Shown: positions 45,538-53,999 of the stretch, piece by piece
How the letters are laid out: each line of letters opens with the position of its first letter
Position numbering within the stretch: the stretch's first letter is position 1
Source of the DNA: a virus
Taxonomy: Duplodnaviria > Heunggongvirae > Uroviricota > Caudoviricetes
Reading direction: 5' to 3' (one strand)
Length of the DNA: 64,000 nt
IMG/VR virus record: IMGVR_UViG_3300042889_001305
Notes under the pieces: model-generated
Told to the model about the DNA's origin: nothing
Seen by the model: the letters and a program-made list of their open reading frames with translations, nothing else
The model's database searches: none
Translations under genes and position numbers: made by a program

Positions 45538-46264
45538 CCATTGTAATAGGTCTTACCTCCATTTCTCCTGTTTCAGGGTTTTCGTAATCAAATTCCATTT
45601 TGATATCCGGTTGTAAATTTTTTACATGTTCTCTAAATCCTTTAGTATCTCTAGCAAGGAATTTATTATTAATAAAATCAGTTATAGATTTGGTGTCTTC
45701 TTTACCATCTACCGATTGTATCATATAACGATAACGGGTGGTTAATTCACTCCCCATTGAATCTTTGTTCAATCTTTTTAAAGCGTTAACATCAGCATCA
45801 ATTCGTTTTTCATCACCATGTGTTAATAGTTTAAAAACTAATACATTTCCAGTTGATGTTGTAAATTGATAACGATTTTCAGTATTTAACTTTGAATAAT
45901 CAATATCTTTTGTTTGAACTTTACCTAAATCAACAGTAATTTGTTGTTTGGTATCATTATCATCTAATATTTCAATCTTATATTCTGGTCCATATCCTAA
46001 GATACGAGTTGCTAACATAATAGCGTTTTTATCACCCAAAAGAATATCATCTGGATTTACTTTCTTATCTACTATAATTGCTTCGAATAATTTATCTAAT
46101 ACTACACCTTTTTTAATCAAACTTTGAGATGAAAGAATTTCTTCCTCTCTTGCCGTCATATATTTTAATTCGATGTTACCACTTGATAATGGATTTGTTT
46201 CTGGATAGCATTTACCTTGAGATGGTAATCCAACTATTTCCGTTGAGAATTCGTATTGTGACAT
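45509..46264 (-). CDS. Tail assembly protein / chaperone candidate (251 aa)
   Basis: It sits between the tail tube and tape measure genes. It ends ...GVSFFWPTE* across the T7 run. Confidence 0.45.
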   Translation of the reverse strand: MSQYEFSTEIVGLPSQGKCYPETNPLSSGNIELKYMTAREEEILSSQSLIKKGVVLDKLFEAIIVDKKVNPDDILLGDKNAIMLATRILGYGPEYKIEILDDNDTKQQITVDLGKVQTKDIDYSKLNTENRYQFTTSTGNVLVFKLLTHGDEKRIDADVNALKRLNKDSMGSELTTRYRYMIQSVDGKEDTKSITDFINNKFLARDTKGFREHVKNLQPDIKMEFDYENPETGEMEVRPITMGVSFFWPTE

Positions 46265-46312
46265 ATTTTACCTTTATTTTGTTATTGTATATAAATATAT
46301 AAATAAAAAAAA

Positions 46313-46346
46313 AATTGAAAAAAAAGGAGATATTTCTATCTCCTTT
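46313..46346 (-). terminator. Rho-independent terminator downstream of the tail tube gene
   Basis: 9 bp stem aaggagata / tatctcctt with loop tttc. An A8-9 run precedes it on the plus strand, giving a U-run after the hairpin on the minus transcript. Confidence 0.65.
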
Positions 46347-46369
46347 CTTAATTTTATATTTTAATTCTA

Positions 46370-46858
46370 TTAGAATTCAAGTATTGCATAATCGTAAGCT
46401 AACGTTAATGTAATCTCTGCAGGGTCATTTGATGTCCAATCTAATTCACCAAATTGTGCGTTTAAGATAAATGCACCTTTAAGTTTCCAGTTTTCAATTT
46501 TATCACCTACTGGTCCTAACATATAGATATCAATATCTTTTTTGTAGAAATCTGCATATCCATCACGTCCTGTTAGGGATTCATGTGAAGTTCTAACCCA
46601 CTCCATTACTGCCTGTGCACCTGATGGTACGATTGGGTCATATAATGTGATTTCTAAATCTTGCCATTCACCTTTACCTTTCAACTTTCTTTTTAAGTTG
46701 ATGTGTTCTAATGTTACAGCTTCAAACTGAATGTTTGGTCTGTTACCTGCTTTGATAAGATATGAAGGGATACCAGCGATTTCCATGATGAAACGATTTT
46801 TCATCTTTGGTTCAAAGTTGGTATAGAACATTTCGTTAAACTCTAATATTTCTGCCAT
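46370..46858 (-). CDS. Tail tube protein, putative
   Basis: 162 aa, immediately downstream of the sheath gene. AGGAGAAAATAAAA precedes the ATG. Confidence 0.55.
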   Translation of the reverse strand: MAEILEFNEMFYTNFEPKMKNRFIMEIAGIPSYLIKAGNRPNIQFEAVTLEHINLKRKLKGKGEWQDLEITLYDPIVPSGAQAVMEWVRTSHESLTGRDGYADFYKKDIDIYMLGPVGDKIENWKLKGAFILNAQFGELDWTSNDPAEITLTLAYDYAILEF

Positions 46859-46912
46859 TTTTATTTTCTCCTATTATATTAATAAATATAAGGTTTCTCT
46901 TTTTTTTAAAAT

Positions 46913-49312
46913 TTATGCTGAGAACGATGCTCCAGTCGGTAAGATGTTGAAATCTAACACGATGAATTCAGCGGTTTTTGTTGGTTGTAAGAAAATCTGT
47001 CCAGCCAATATATTTCTATCAATTACATCAGGAGTGTTATTACTCTCATCCATTACTACTCTAAATGCATATAAACCTTGTCTTTGTTGAATTGCTTCTA
47101 AATAAGGATTAACTGTATTTAAGAATCTTGAACGAGTGGTAGAAGTATTTTGTTCGAATACTAAGTATCTTGATGTAGAAGCGATATACTTCTTAACTTT
47201 GATAAGTAATCTTCTAACATTGATTCTATCTAACGCTGATGATTTTTCTTGTAATGTTTTCTGTCCAAATGCCACGATACCCTCGCCAGGGAAAGATGCG
47301 ATAGGATTTATTTTTCCTTCGTATAATGTATCTCTCTCTGCGTGTGTTAATCTATTCAATACTGAAACTGCTCCTACGATTCCACCACGATTTAAACCAG
47401 CTGGTGCGAACCATTCTGCTGCAACCGCATCATTTGCTGCGTAAATACCTGGCATCAATACTGATGGTGGTACTGCAGTTAATTTGTTAGTGTTTCTATC
47501 GATTGTCTTAACCCACGGGTAATAAGTACCTACATAGTTAGAATCTACTGCTGCACCTTGTGCAACTGCTTCATCAATTGTATCATTACCACCATCACAA
47601 CCAACTACATCACCAATGAAGAATACATCTTCACGATTCTCACACATTTCACTTATGTAATCAAATACATATGAGTGATGTCTACGAACTATACCTGGTG
47701 CTGCGATTAAGTTGATATCAAAATCATCAGGGTTAGATACTGCGTTGATTGCTTTTACATATGCAACCGAACCACTTGCAATTGATGTTGCTAAGTTAAA
47801 TCCTTGTGAATTACCTGCTGATATATCCACACCTTTGTTAATTGTTTTTGCTGGCGTTGTACCATCAAATCCACCTTGAAACGCTAAAGTAAATTGTCTT
47901 TTAGCAATTGTTTCGGCCGAATCATCAGTTGATAATGAATAACCAAAATTATATGTTCCAACCGAACCACTTACAATAGCAGTAATATCTGCATCAAATG
48001 TAAAATCAGTATTTCTACCAGTACTAAATTCAGTTCCCGGTAATGGTTTTAAATATTGTGTATTATTTATTTTTACTGCAGTAGTTTCTAAATCAATACC
48101 AGAGTATCTATATGCAGATGATGCTGTATTATTAACAGAACCCGTTGAATATATAACTGCAGGAACGATTGTTTCTATCGTTGCATCGATTGGATTGATG
48201 TATGCACCATGTCCAAAAGGTGCTGCTATGATAGGGAATGAACCTTCAGCTGCAACTTTTACTCTAACTAATTTAGAACGATTTGCGTAATCACCAGTTT
48301 CAGTTTGTTTACCATTTGCATCAATTGTTAATGTTCTATCACCAATTACTTTAGCAATATAGTTTGGAGATGCAGGGTCTAAGTTAACGTTATTATATGT
48401 TTCTTTTACTGATTTTTTTCTATCAGTATCACTAAATCCACGAACTACTATTGAGAATGTAGCGTAATCAGTTGCACCAGATACTCCTGCTGCTTTGACG
48501 TTAAAAATACTTATTTTATATTCGGTATTGTATGGATTACCATCACCTAATGTTTCAAATTTAAATAAATCGTGGCGTTGACCGCTAATTAATTGAGATT
48601 TAACCATTGGTGTTTCTGCGTATGTAATACCATTAGTATCAGCTCCAAATACTTGAGTTGGTAATTGAACTAATGAAATAGAACCAGAACCTGCAGATAA
48701 GTATGCACTTAAATCAGTAGCTGTTTTTTCAAAGTATGTATACACATATGCTTTTTTAGTTCCAAATGGAGATTCTCCAAATACATCACCAATATCATTT
48801 CCTTCTGAAGGGTCAATTGATGCTGAACCATTATATGCAATATTACTTCCACTAATTGTAAAATAACTATCAGTTGATGTCCCGTTTGCAAATACTATTG
48901 AACCAGTAGCAAATCCGGTTGATTCACTACCACTTAATGTAGCGTGTAATGTACCGATGATATGTTCACTACCACTTGCATATGTTCCTGTAGCAGAACC
49001 AGATTCTAATGTTACTTTAATACCAATTGGTGCTACTTGTGAATAACCACCTAAGTGACCAACACGAACAATTGTAACTGTTCCTGCTTCTCTTAGATAG
49101 TTTTGTACTGCGTACCCTGTATAGTATGTTCCATCAGGTGTACCGAATATTTCTTCAAATTCTGATTGTGTATTTACGATAGTTGGTAAGAATGCTGGTC
49201 CTTTACTAAAAGGTCCTACTATTGCTGCTCCAATTTCTCCGATACCCTGTGATAAAAATGATAAATCATTCTCTCTTGTGAATACACCAGGTGATACAAT
49301 TTTTTCTGCCAT
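46913..49312 (-). CDS. Contractile tail sheath protein
   Basis: The N-terminus MAEKIVSPGVFTRENDLSF is the typical sheath ...SPGVY/F.E.D.S start. I take the ATG at 49310-49312, which is preceded by AGGAGTAAATAAA. The track's GTG at 49348 adds 12 residues of doubtful coding. Confidence 0.8.
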   Translation of the reverse strand: MAEKIVSPGVFTRENDLSFLSQGIGEIGAAIVGPFSKGPAFLPTIVNTQSEFEEIFGTPDGTYYTGYAVQNYLREAGTVTIVRVGHLGGYSQVAPIGIKVTLESGSATGTYASGSEHIIGTLHATLSGSESTGFATGSIVFANGTSTDSYFTISGSNIAYNGSASIDPSEGNDIGDVFGESPFGTKKAYVYTYFEKTATDLSAYLSAGSGSISLVQLPTQVFGADTNGITYAETPMVKSQLISGQRHDLFKFETLGDGNPYNTEYKISIFNVKAAGVSGATDYATFSIVVRGFSDTDRKKSVKETYNNVNLDPASPNYIAKVIGDRTLTIDANGKQTETGDYANRSKLVRVKVAAEGSFPIIAAPFGHGAYINPIDATIETIVPAVIYSTGSVNNTASSAYRYSGIDLETTAVKINNTQYLKPLPGTEFSTGRNTDFTFDADITAIVSGSVGTYNFGYSLSTDDSAETIAKRQFTLAFQGGFDGTTPAKTINKGVDISAGNSQGFNLATSIASGSVAYVKAINAVSNPDDFDINLIAAPGIVRRHHSYVFDYISEMCENREDVFFIGDVVGCDGGNDTIDEAVAQGAAVDSNYVGTYYPWVKTIDRNTNKLTAVPPSVLMPGIYAANDAVAAEWFAPAGLNRGGIVGAVSVLNRLTHAERDTLYEGKINPIASFPGEGIVAFGQKTLQEKSSALDRINVRRLLIKVKKYIASTSRYLVFEQNTSTTRSRFLNTVNPYLEAIQQRQGLYAFRVVMDESNNTPDVIDRNILAGQIFLQPTKTAEFIVLDFNILPTGASFSA

Positions 49313-49404
49313 TTTATTTACTCCTATTAAGTTTGTGTAATGATACACATATAAGTATTAGATACTTTTTCTAAAATATTATTTTATATATGCGTAACGT
49401 AGTA

Positions 49405-49674
49405 TTATTCTGCGATTGGTGTGAATTCTCCCGTTGTAGGGTTGTAATCACCATCTCCGTATTTTTCATTTAATCCTTTAAATAAGGTTTCTTCCGTTAT
49501 AACTAAATCCGAATGTTGTTTAGTTAATTCTGCTTCTCTTTCTTCTAATTCTGACAATCTTCTTCTTTTTTCAATATGAATTTGTCCTAATTCAGTAAAA
49601 ACAGCCCCAACATCAATTCGTAATTTGTTAATTTGTGCGACTTCGTCTTCCGTAAACTTAATTTTTTCTGCCAT
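49405..49674 (-). CDS. Hypothetical small coiled-coil protein
   Basis: 89 aa, ATG start. Confidence 0.4.
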   Translation of the reverse strand: MAEKIKFTEDEVAQINKLRIDVGAVFTELGQIHIEKRRRLSELEEREAELTKQHSDLVITEETLFKGLNEKYGDGDYNPTTGEFTPIAE

Positions 49675-49743
49675 TTTGATATATTTTGTTTATTAATTAG
49701 TTATATATATAAATATATAGATTTTCACCAAACGATAAAAAAA

Positions 49744-51021
49744 TTATCTAACAAATGAATAAGCAGATGTCCAAGCACCTTTAAGACCTTGGTCAATTGC
49801 TCTAACTCTAGCATACCACGTACCTGCAGTTAATAGGGTATTAACTTCAATAGTTGTAGTACTCCATTCCGTATTATCTACTATATTTGTAGCAAATGTA
49901 TTTCCAGATGATATTTGTATATCATATGCAGTAATACCAGCTGTTCCAACTGCAGTAGGTGCTACCCAACTTAAACTTGGAGATGCATATGCTAATGAGG
50001 TTGGTGCACCAGGAGCTCCTAAATCCGTAAATGCGTTACCACCTTTATTATGGGTAATATATCCATTTACTAAATAGGTATCTTCTGCTTCCACATCTAA
50101 TGATACGATTTCAGATGTTTCTTCATCAATTGTTATTGATGTTATATCTATTTCTTGTGTATTACCATTTTCAAATTTAATTAATTTATCATTAAGATTT
50201 AAATTAAACATTTGTTTAAATCTATATAAATTATCAGTAGAATCTTTAACTAATAATGGATGTTCTGATGTAGCAGTGATTTCACCATTATTAACATTGT
50301 AATATTTACCAGTAAATGAATATATTACATTCACAACTGTTACTTCTTTTTCAGTTTTATTTAATTCAGATGTAGACCAATCATAGAATGTGCCATCTGA
50401 ATCGATTGATAATCCACTTAAAGAAAATCCTTTTAATTTATCACCTTCTTCAATTTGGCCAACTTCCTTAATAGAACCATCAGCCATTGTTATTGGTGAA
50501 TCAGATGTTAAACATAATGCAACGGAGTTACCATCATAAGAATCTACGGAATAAACCGTCTTATCTCTAGAAGTATTATACCCAGTTGCGTGTGTATTAT
50601 ATCCATCTGCAAATATTGCTCTAATAGTATGAGTTTGAATTGTTTGTAGTACAGTCTGTGCACCTACCCCTTGTGGGTTCATTGATGATATACTAAAACT
50701 AGCGGTTGTACCACTATTTGTTCCTAATGTTATGAATGACCCAGCAGGAACACTCCATGTGAAGTTTGCTGCTCTACTACTAATTCTATCAAAATTTGCA
50801 CCAGCACCACTAAACCCTAATGTATAAGTTTCACTTGTAGATTCAACTCCGTATGTATAACCAGTTACTGAACCTACCGAATCAATTGCAAATGATGACA
50901 TTGAAATAGGACCGGTTGAATTTCCCTTTGCTGCTGATAATGCTCTTGGTCCTGCTGCAACACCTGTTGCTGCACCTAATGAATTTAAACTTTTGGTTTG
51001 TCCTGATGTTAATGTTGCCAT
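49744..51021 (-). CDS. Virion-associated protein with an internal Hint (intein/BIL-like) domain and a C-terminal fibronectin type III domain
   Basis: Residues about 170-325 read CLTSDSPITMADGSIKEVGQIEEGDKL (Hint block A), ATSEHPLLV (TxxH block B), and EIVSLDVEAEDTYLVNGYITHN (C-terminal HN). The C-terminal about 90 aa (PGAPTSL...TWYARVRAIDQGLKGAWTSAYSF) looks like FN3. Confidence 0.6.
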   Translation of the reverse strand: MATLTSGQTKSLNSLGAATGVAAGPRALSAAKGNSTGPISMSSFAIDSVGSVTGYTYGVESTSETYTLGFSGAGANFDRISSRAANFTWSVPAGSFITLGTNSGTTASFSISSMNPQGVGAQTVLQTIQTHTIRAIFADGYNTHATGYNTSRDKTVYSVDSYDGNSVALCLTSDSPITMADGSIKEVGQIEEGDKLKGFSLSGLSIDSDGTFYDWSTSELNKTEKEVTVVNVIYSFTGKYYNVNNGEITATSEHPLLVKDSTDNLYRFKQMFNLNLNDKLIKFENGNTQEIDITSITIDEETSEIVSLDVEAEDTYLVNGYITHNKGGNAFTDLGAPGAPTSLAYASPSLSWVAPTAVGTAGITAYDIQISSGNTFATNIVDNTEWSTTTIEVNTLLTAGTWYARVRAIDQGLKGAWTSAYSFVR

Positions 51022-51032
51022 TTATGTGTTTC

Positions 51033-52031
51033 CTATTTATTATAAATATCTAATAATGAATCAATCCACTTATTCTTATCTGTATATTTTTTAATCATAT
51101 AATTTTTTATAATATTAAACCAATATAATTTTTCAGAATAAGATAATGTAGTAATCTTTGTATAAATATCAAAAAATTCAGTTTTAGACGATGCTCGGTA
51201 TGGATATTCTAAATCTTTACACCAACTCGAATGTAGTATTGGTAATTTACCTTTATCAACCGCTTCAAATATTGAATATCCAAAGGGTTCTGATATAAAC
51301 GCAGAGTGTGATATACCCCAATCCATATCATAAAATGTATCTTTAAAATCTGGAGTATAATGATATAATTTTGATTTTGAAATATCTACTTTTACCCCAT
51401 TTTTCCAAAGTACATTAAATTCTTGAGAGTTAGTAAAAATAAGACTAGGAATTTTATCTAAATAGTGTGGATTTTTTCTACCTTCACTTCTTGCTGCAAA
51501 TCCTAACCTATTAGATTCGGATAGTGGTAAATTCCATTTAAATTCGTAAAAATTTGGTATATTAGTATTTTTATAAAGTATTTCGTATAATCCTACCCAT
51601 ATATTAGTTTCACACCAATCAGTAACCTCTTGTTCCCATTCTGAACTCATATAAGGATGATGTCCTATTGGTAAATCACTTCCAAATTGAGATTTTAGGA
51701 TGTGGTCTATTGAATTGTGTAATATATTTGAATGGATTTTATCTTTATTATCTACGATTGGTTTCATTGGAGTATAATGTCCATGTAGGATATTAATTCT
51801 TCGTGCACCTTTACATAGTTCTTCAAATTTTTGAATATCTTCACCATGCCAGTAAGTTTCTATTGGGAATTCGTAATCTTCGTGTCCTTTGGGTTTGTTT
51901 CTATGAATTAGTAGAATTGGTTTAATATCTAATTTAGGTGCTATTAATTCTATCCAAAGATTTACCCAAATATCAGAACCTGCATTGACCCACGGTCCAC
52001 CACCTGTGGTATAATAAACATCGTAAACCAT
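51033..52031 (-). CDS. GT-B fold glycosyltransferase, putative
   Basis: The C-terminal block AFISEPFGYSIFEAVDKGKLPIL matches the GT1/GT4 signature E-x-F-G-x4-E-A-x3-G-x-P-v-i. 332 aa. Confidence 0.5.
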   Translation of the reverse strand: MVYDVYYTTGGGPWVNAGSDIWVNLWIELIAPKLDIKPILLIHRNKPKGHEDYEFPIETYWHGEDIQKFEELCKGARRINILHGHYTPMKPIVDNKDKIHSNILHNSIDHILKSQFGSDLPIGHHPYMSSEWEQEVTDWCETNIWVGLYEILYKNTNIPNFYEFKWNLPLSESNRLGFAARSEGRKNPHYLDKIPSLIFTNSQEFNVLWKNGVKVDISKSKLYHYTPDFKDTFYDMDWGISHSAFISEPFGYSIFEAVDKGKLPILHSSWCKDLEYPYRASSKTEFFDIYTKITTLSYSEKLYWFNIIKNYMIKKYTDKNKWIDSLLDIYNK

Positions 52032-52036
52032 TTATA

Positions 52037-53911
52037 TTATTTTTTAATTATAATTAGTCCAGAAAATAATCCAGCAAAAGTTATAGTTAACGCATTAACT
52101 GAGGTTGATTCTATAATTGAGGGAACTTCTTGTCTTTTATTAGTAGTATTCCATGCTTGAACTATTGGATATTCTTCACCCAAACTATGAGTGATTGAAT
52201 AGGTTGAATTACCACTAACTGTTTCCTTATAGGTTGTTAATGCAGTTATTTGTGAAGACCCACTCACCAACCCACTTGGCGTTCCTGCTAAGTTATTCCA
52301 AGATGTAGAACCACTTACTATATGTCCACCTTTAGCAACTACTGCGTATCCACTTTGAGCGGATGATAATACTATTGTTGCAGTATTATTATTAGTAAGT
52401 GTTACCGATGATGGTATTATTTGTGAATCATTTGTTCCGTATACTGAAACTAATACATTTTTAGTATTAAAATTATGGGTTACCTCAATAGTTGATTGGG
52501 TATCAAACGAAGATGTGATTGTTGCAACTTCTGCAATTTCAGTTACTACGTTTGTAATACCACTACCATCCCCAACAAAGAACGATGCAGTGATTGCACC
52601 ATTTCCTAAATTAATTGATTGACTTACTAATGATGAAATGATTTGGGTAGAAGATGATACAATGTTGCTTCCACCTAATATTTGTATCGACCCGGATATT
52701 AATGTTGGTAATGAACTAATTTCACTAAAAGTAATTTGAGATGACCCTGATACAATATTATCACCACTAGCAAGTAGTATTTTAGATTCAGACCCACTTA
52801 CTCCGCTTTTCCAATAATCATTAGTCGAATCCCATAATAGAGAACCACTAATAATAGAAGCACCGGTTGAATCTTTAACTAATAAACCACCATTTGCTAC
52901 ACCACTACCATTCAATTCAATAATATTATCACCTAATTGAATTGTAGTTGAGTTTACGGAGGTGGTTGTTCCTCTAACGGTCAAATCACCTAAAACAATT
53001 ACATTCGAACCTGTCAACTCTAACGCAGTTTTAAGAGAGGATGTATATGTGTTTAAAGATGCAGTTGATTCTTGTATTCTATCTAACTCACTATCAATTG
53101 AAGCAGTATATGTTGCAAGGGTTGAGTTCTTAGTATCTTGTGATTGTGTATACGAATTTAATGAACTCAATATACTAACTATCTGAGATGAACCACTTAC
53201 TAATCCGCTTGGTTTATTTGTATGATTTGTATAATCTAAATAATATGAACCGGATTCGCCATTTAATTTATTTGAATCATCTGCAGAACCACTAACAATG
53301 TGGCCACCTTTAGCAACTACTGCATAACCACTTTGAGCGGAAGTTAATACTATTGTTGCAGTATTTAAATCCGTAAGAGTTACTGATGATGGGATTATTT
53401 GTGCATAATTAGAATCGTATACTGAAATGATTACATTTCGTGAATTAAAATTATGACTAACTGATATGTTTGAGGAATTAAAGAAAGCGTAATTAACAGT
53501 TGCTACTTGAGAGATATCGGATGCGGGTAGATTTGTTAATCCACTACCATCTCCTCCAAATGAACCAGTGAAAGAACCACTAATAGTTCCTTCACCTAAT
53601 GTATTTAAATATCTTGAATCTAATGAGGATGTTAATTGAGATGAACCGGAAACCATTCCAGTCCCACCGAAAGTTATTTGAGAACCATTTCCTATGAAAT
53701 TTGAAGCCGTTATAGCACCACCGATATTAATTGAACCAGAAATTAGGGCATCAGTAACAACTATTGATTGTATGGAAGGGACTCCGTTATCTTTTTCAAA
53801 ATACAACTTACCATCGTAAGTGTTTATCGCCAACTCTCCTAACTCAAGAGTGTCGGTTGTAGGTGATTTTCCCTGAACTGCCGTTCTTTTTAGCTTTAAT
53901 ACTTGTGCCAT
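52037..53911 (-). CDS. Tail fibre protein
   Basis: It shares an N-terminus (MAQVLKLKR...) with the other four fibre genes. Internal duplications (YAVVAKGGHIVSGS twice). It also carries the shared module IQLGDNIIELNGSG..LLVKD..SGSLLWDSTNDYWKSG. Confidence 0.7.
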   Translation of the reverse strand: MAQVLKLKRTAVQGKSPTTDTLELGELAINTYDGKLYFEKDNGVPSIQSIVVTDALISGSINIGGAITASNFIGNGSQITFGGTGMVSGSSQLTSSLDSRYLNTLGEGTISGSFTGSFGGDGSGLTNLPASDISQVATVNYAFFNSSNISVSHNFNSRNVIISVYDSNYAQIIPSSVTLTDLNTATIVLTSAQSGYAVVAKGGHIVSGSADDSNKLNGESGSYYLDYTNHTNKPSGLVSGSSQIVSILSSLNSYTQSQDTKNSTLATYTASIDSELDRIQESTASLNTYTSSLKTALELTGSNVIVLGDLTVRGTTTSVNSTTIQLGDNIIELNGSGVANGGLLVKDSTGASIISGSLLWDSTNDYWKSGVSGSESKILLASGDNIVSGSSQITFSEISSLPTLISGSIQILGGSNIVSSSTQIISSLVSQSINLGNGAITASFFVGDGSGITNVVTEIAEVATITSSFDTQSTIEVTHNFNTKNVLVSVYGTNDSQIIPSSVTLTNNNTATIVLSSAQSGYAVVAKGGHIVSGSTSWNNLAGTPSGLVSGSSQITALTTYKETVSGNSTYSITHSLGEEYPIVQAWNTTNKRQEVPSIIESTSVNALTITFAGLFSGLIIIKK

Positions 53912-53977
53912 ATGTATGACTTAATAATTTCATTATATAATTATTTAACTAGAAACTCCTTATATAAGAAGTTTTGA

Positions 53978-53999
53978 ACTATAACCCGTGTGGGTTATA
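53978..53999. repeat. Perfect 9 bp hairpin (ctataaccc-gtgt-gggttatag) at the 3' end of fibre gene 53995-55605
   Basis: The inverted repeat is visible in the sequence and overlaps the stop codon region. No clean U-run follows on the minus strand. Confidence 0.4.

Noticed and set aside
46287-46304. T4-type late promoter TATAAATA.
   Set aside because: The octamer occurs on the plus strand, but the genes are on the minus strand, where the sequence reads TATTTATA. I report it only as a recurrent AT-rich motif and not as a T4-like late promoter.
46913-49348. The track's N-terminal extension of the sheath gene (MYHYTNLIGVNK..., GTG start at 49348).
   Set aside because: The ATG at 49310-49312 has a strong AGGAG SD and begins the canonical sheath N-terminus MAEKIVSPGVF. 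The GTG extension has no RBS.
50047-50514. A true splicing intein inside the 425 aa virion protein.
   Set aside because: The residue following the terminal HN is Lys, not Cys/Ser/Thr, so extein ligation cannot occur. I report it as a Hint/BIL-type autoprocessing domain instead.
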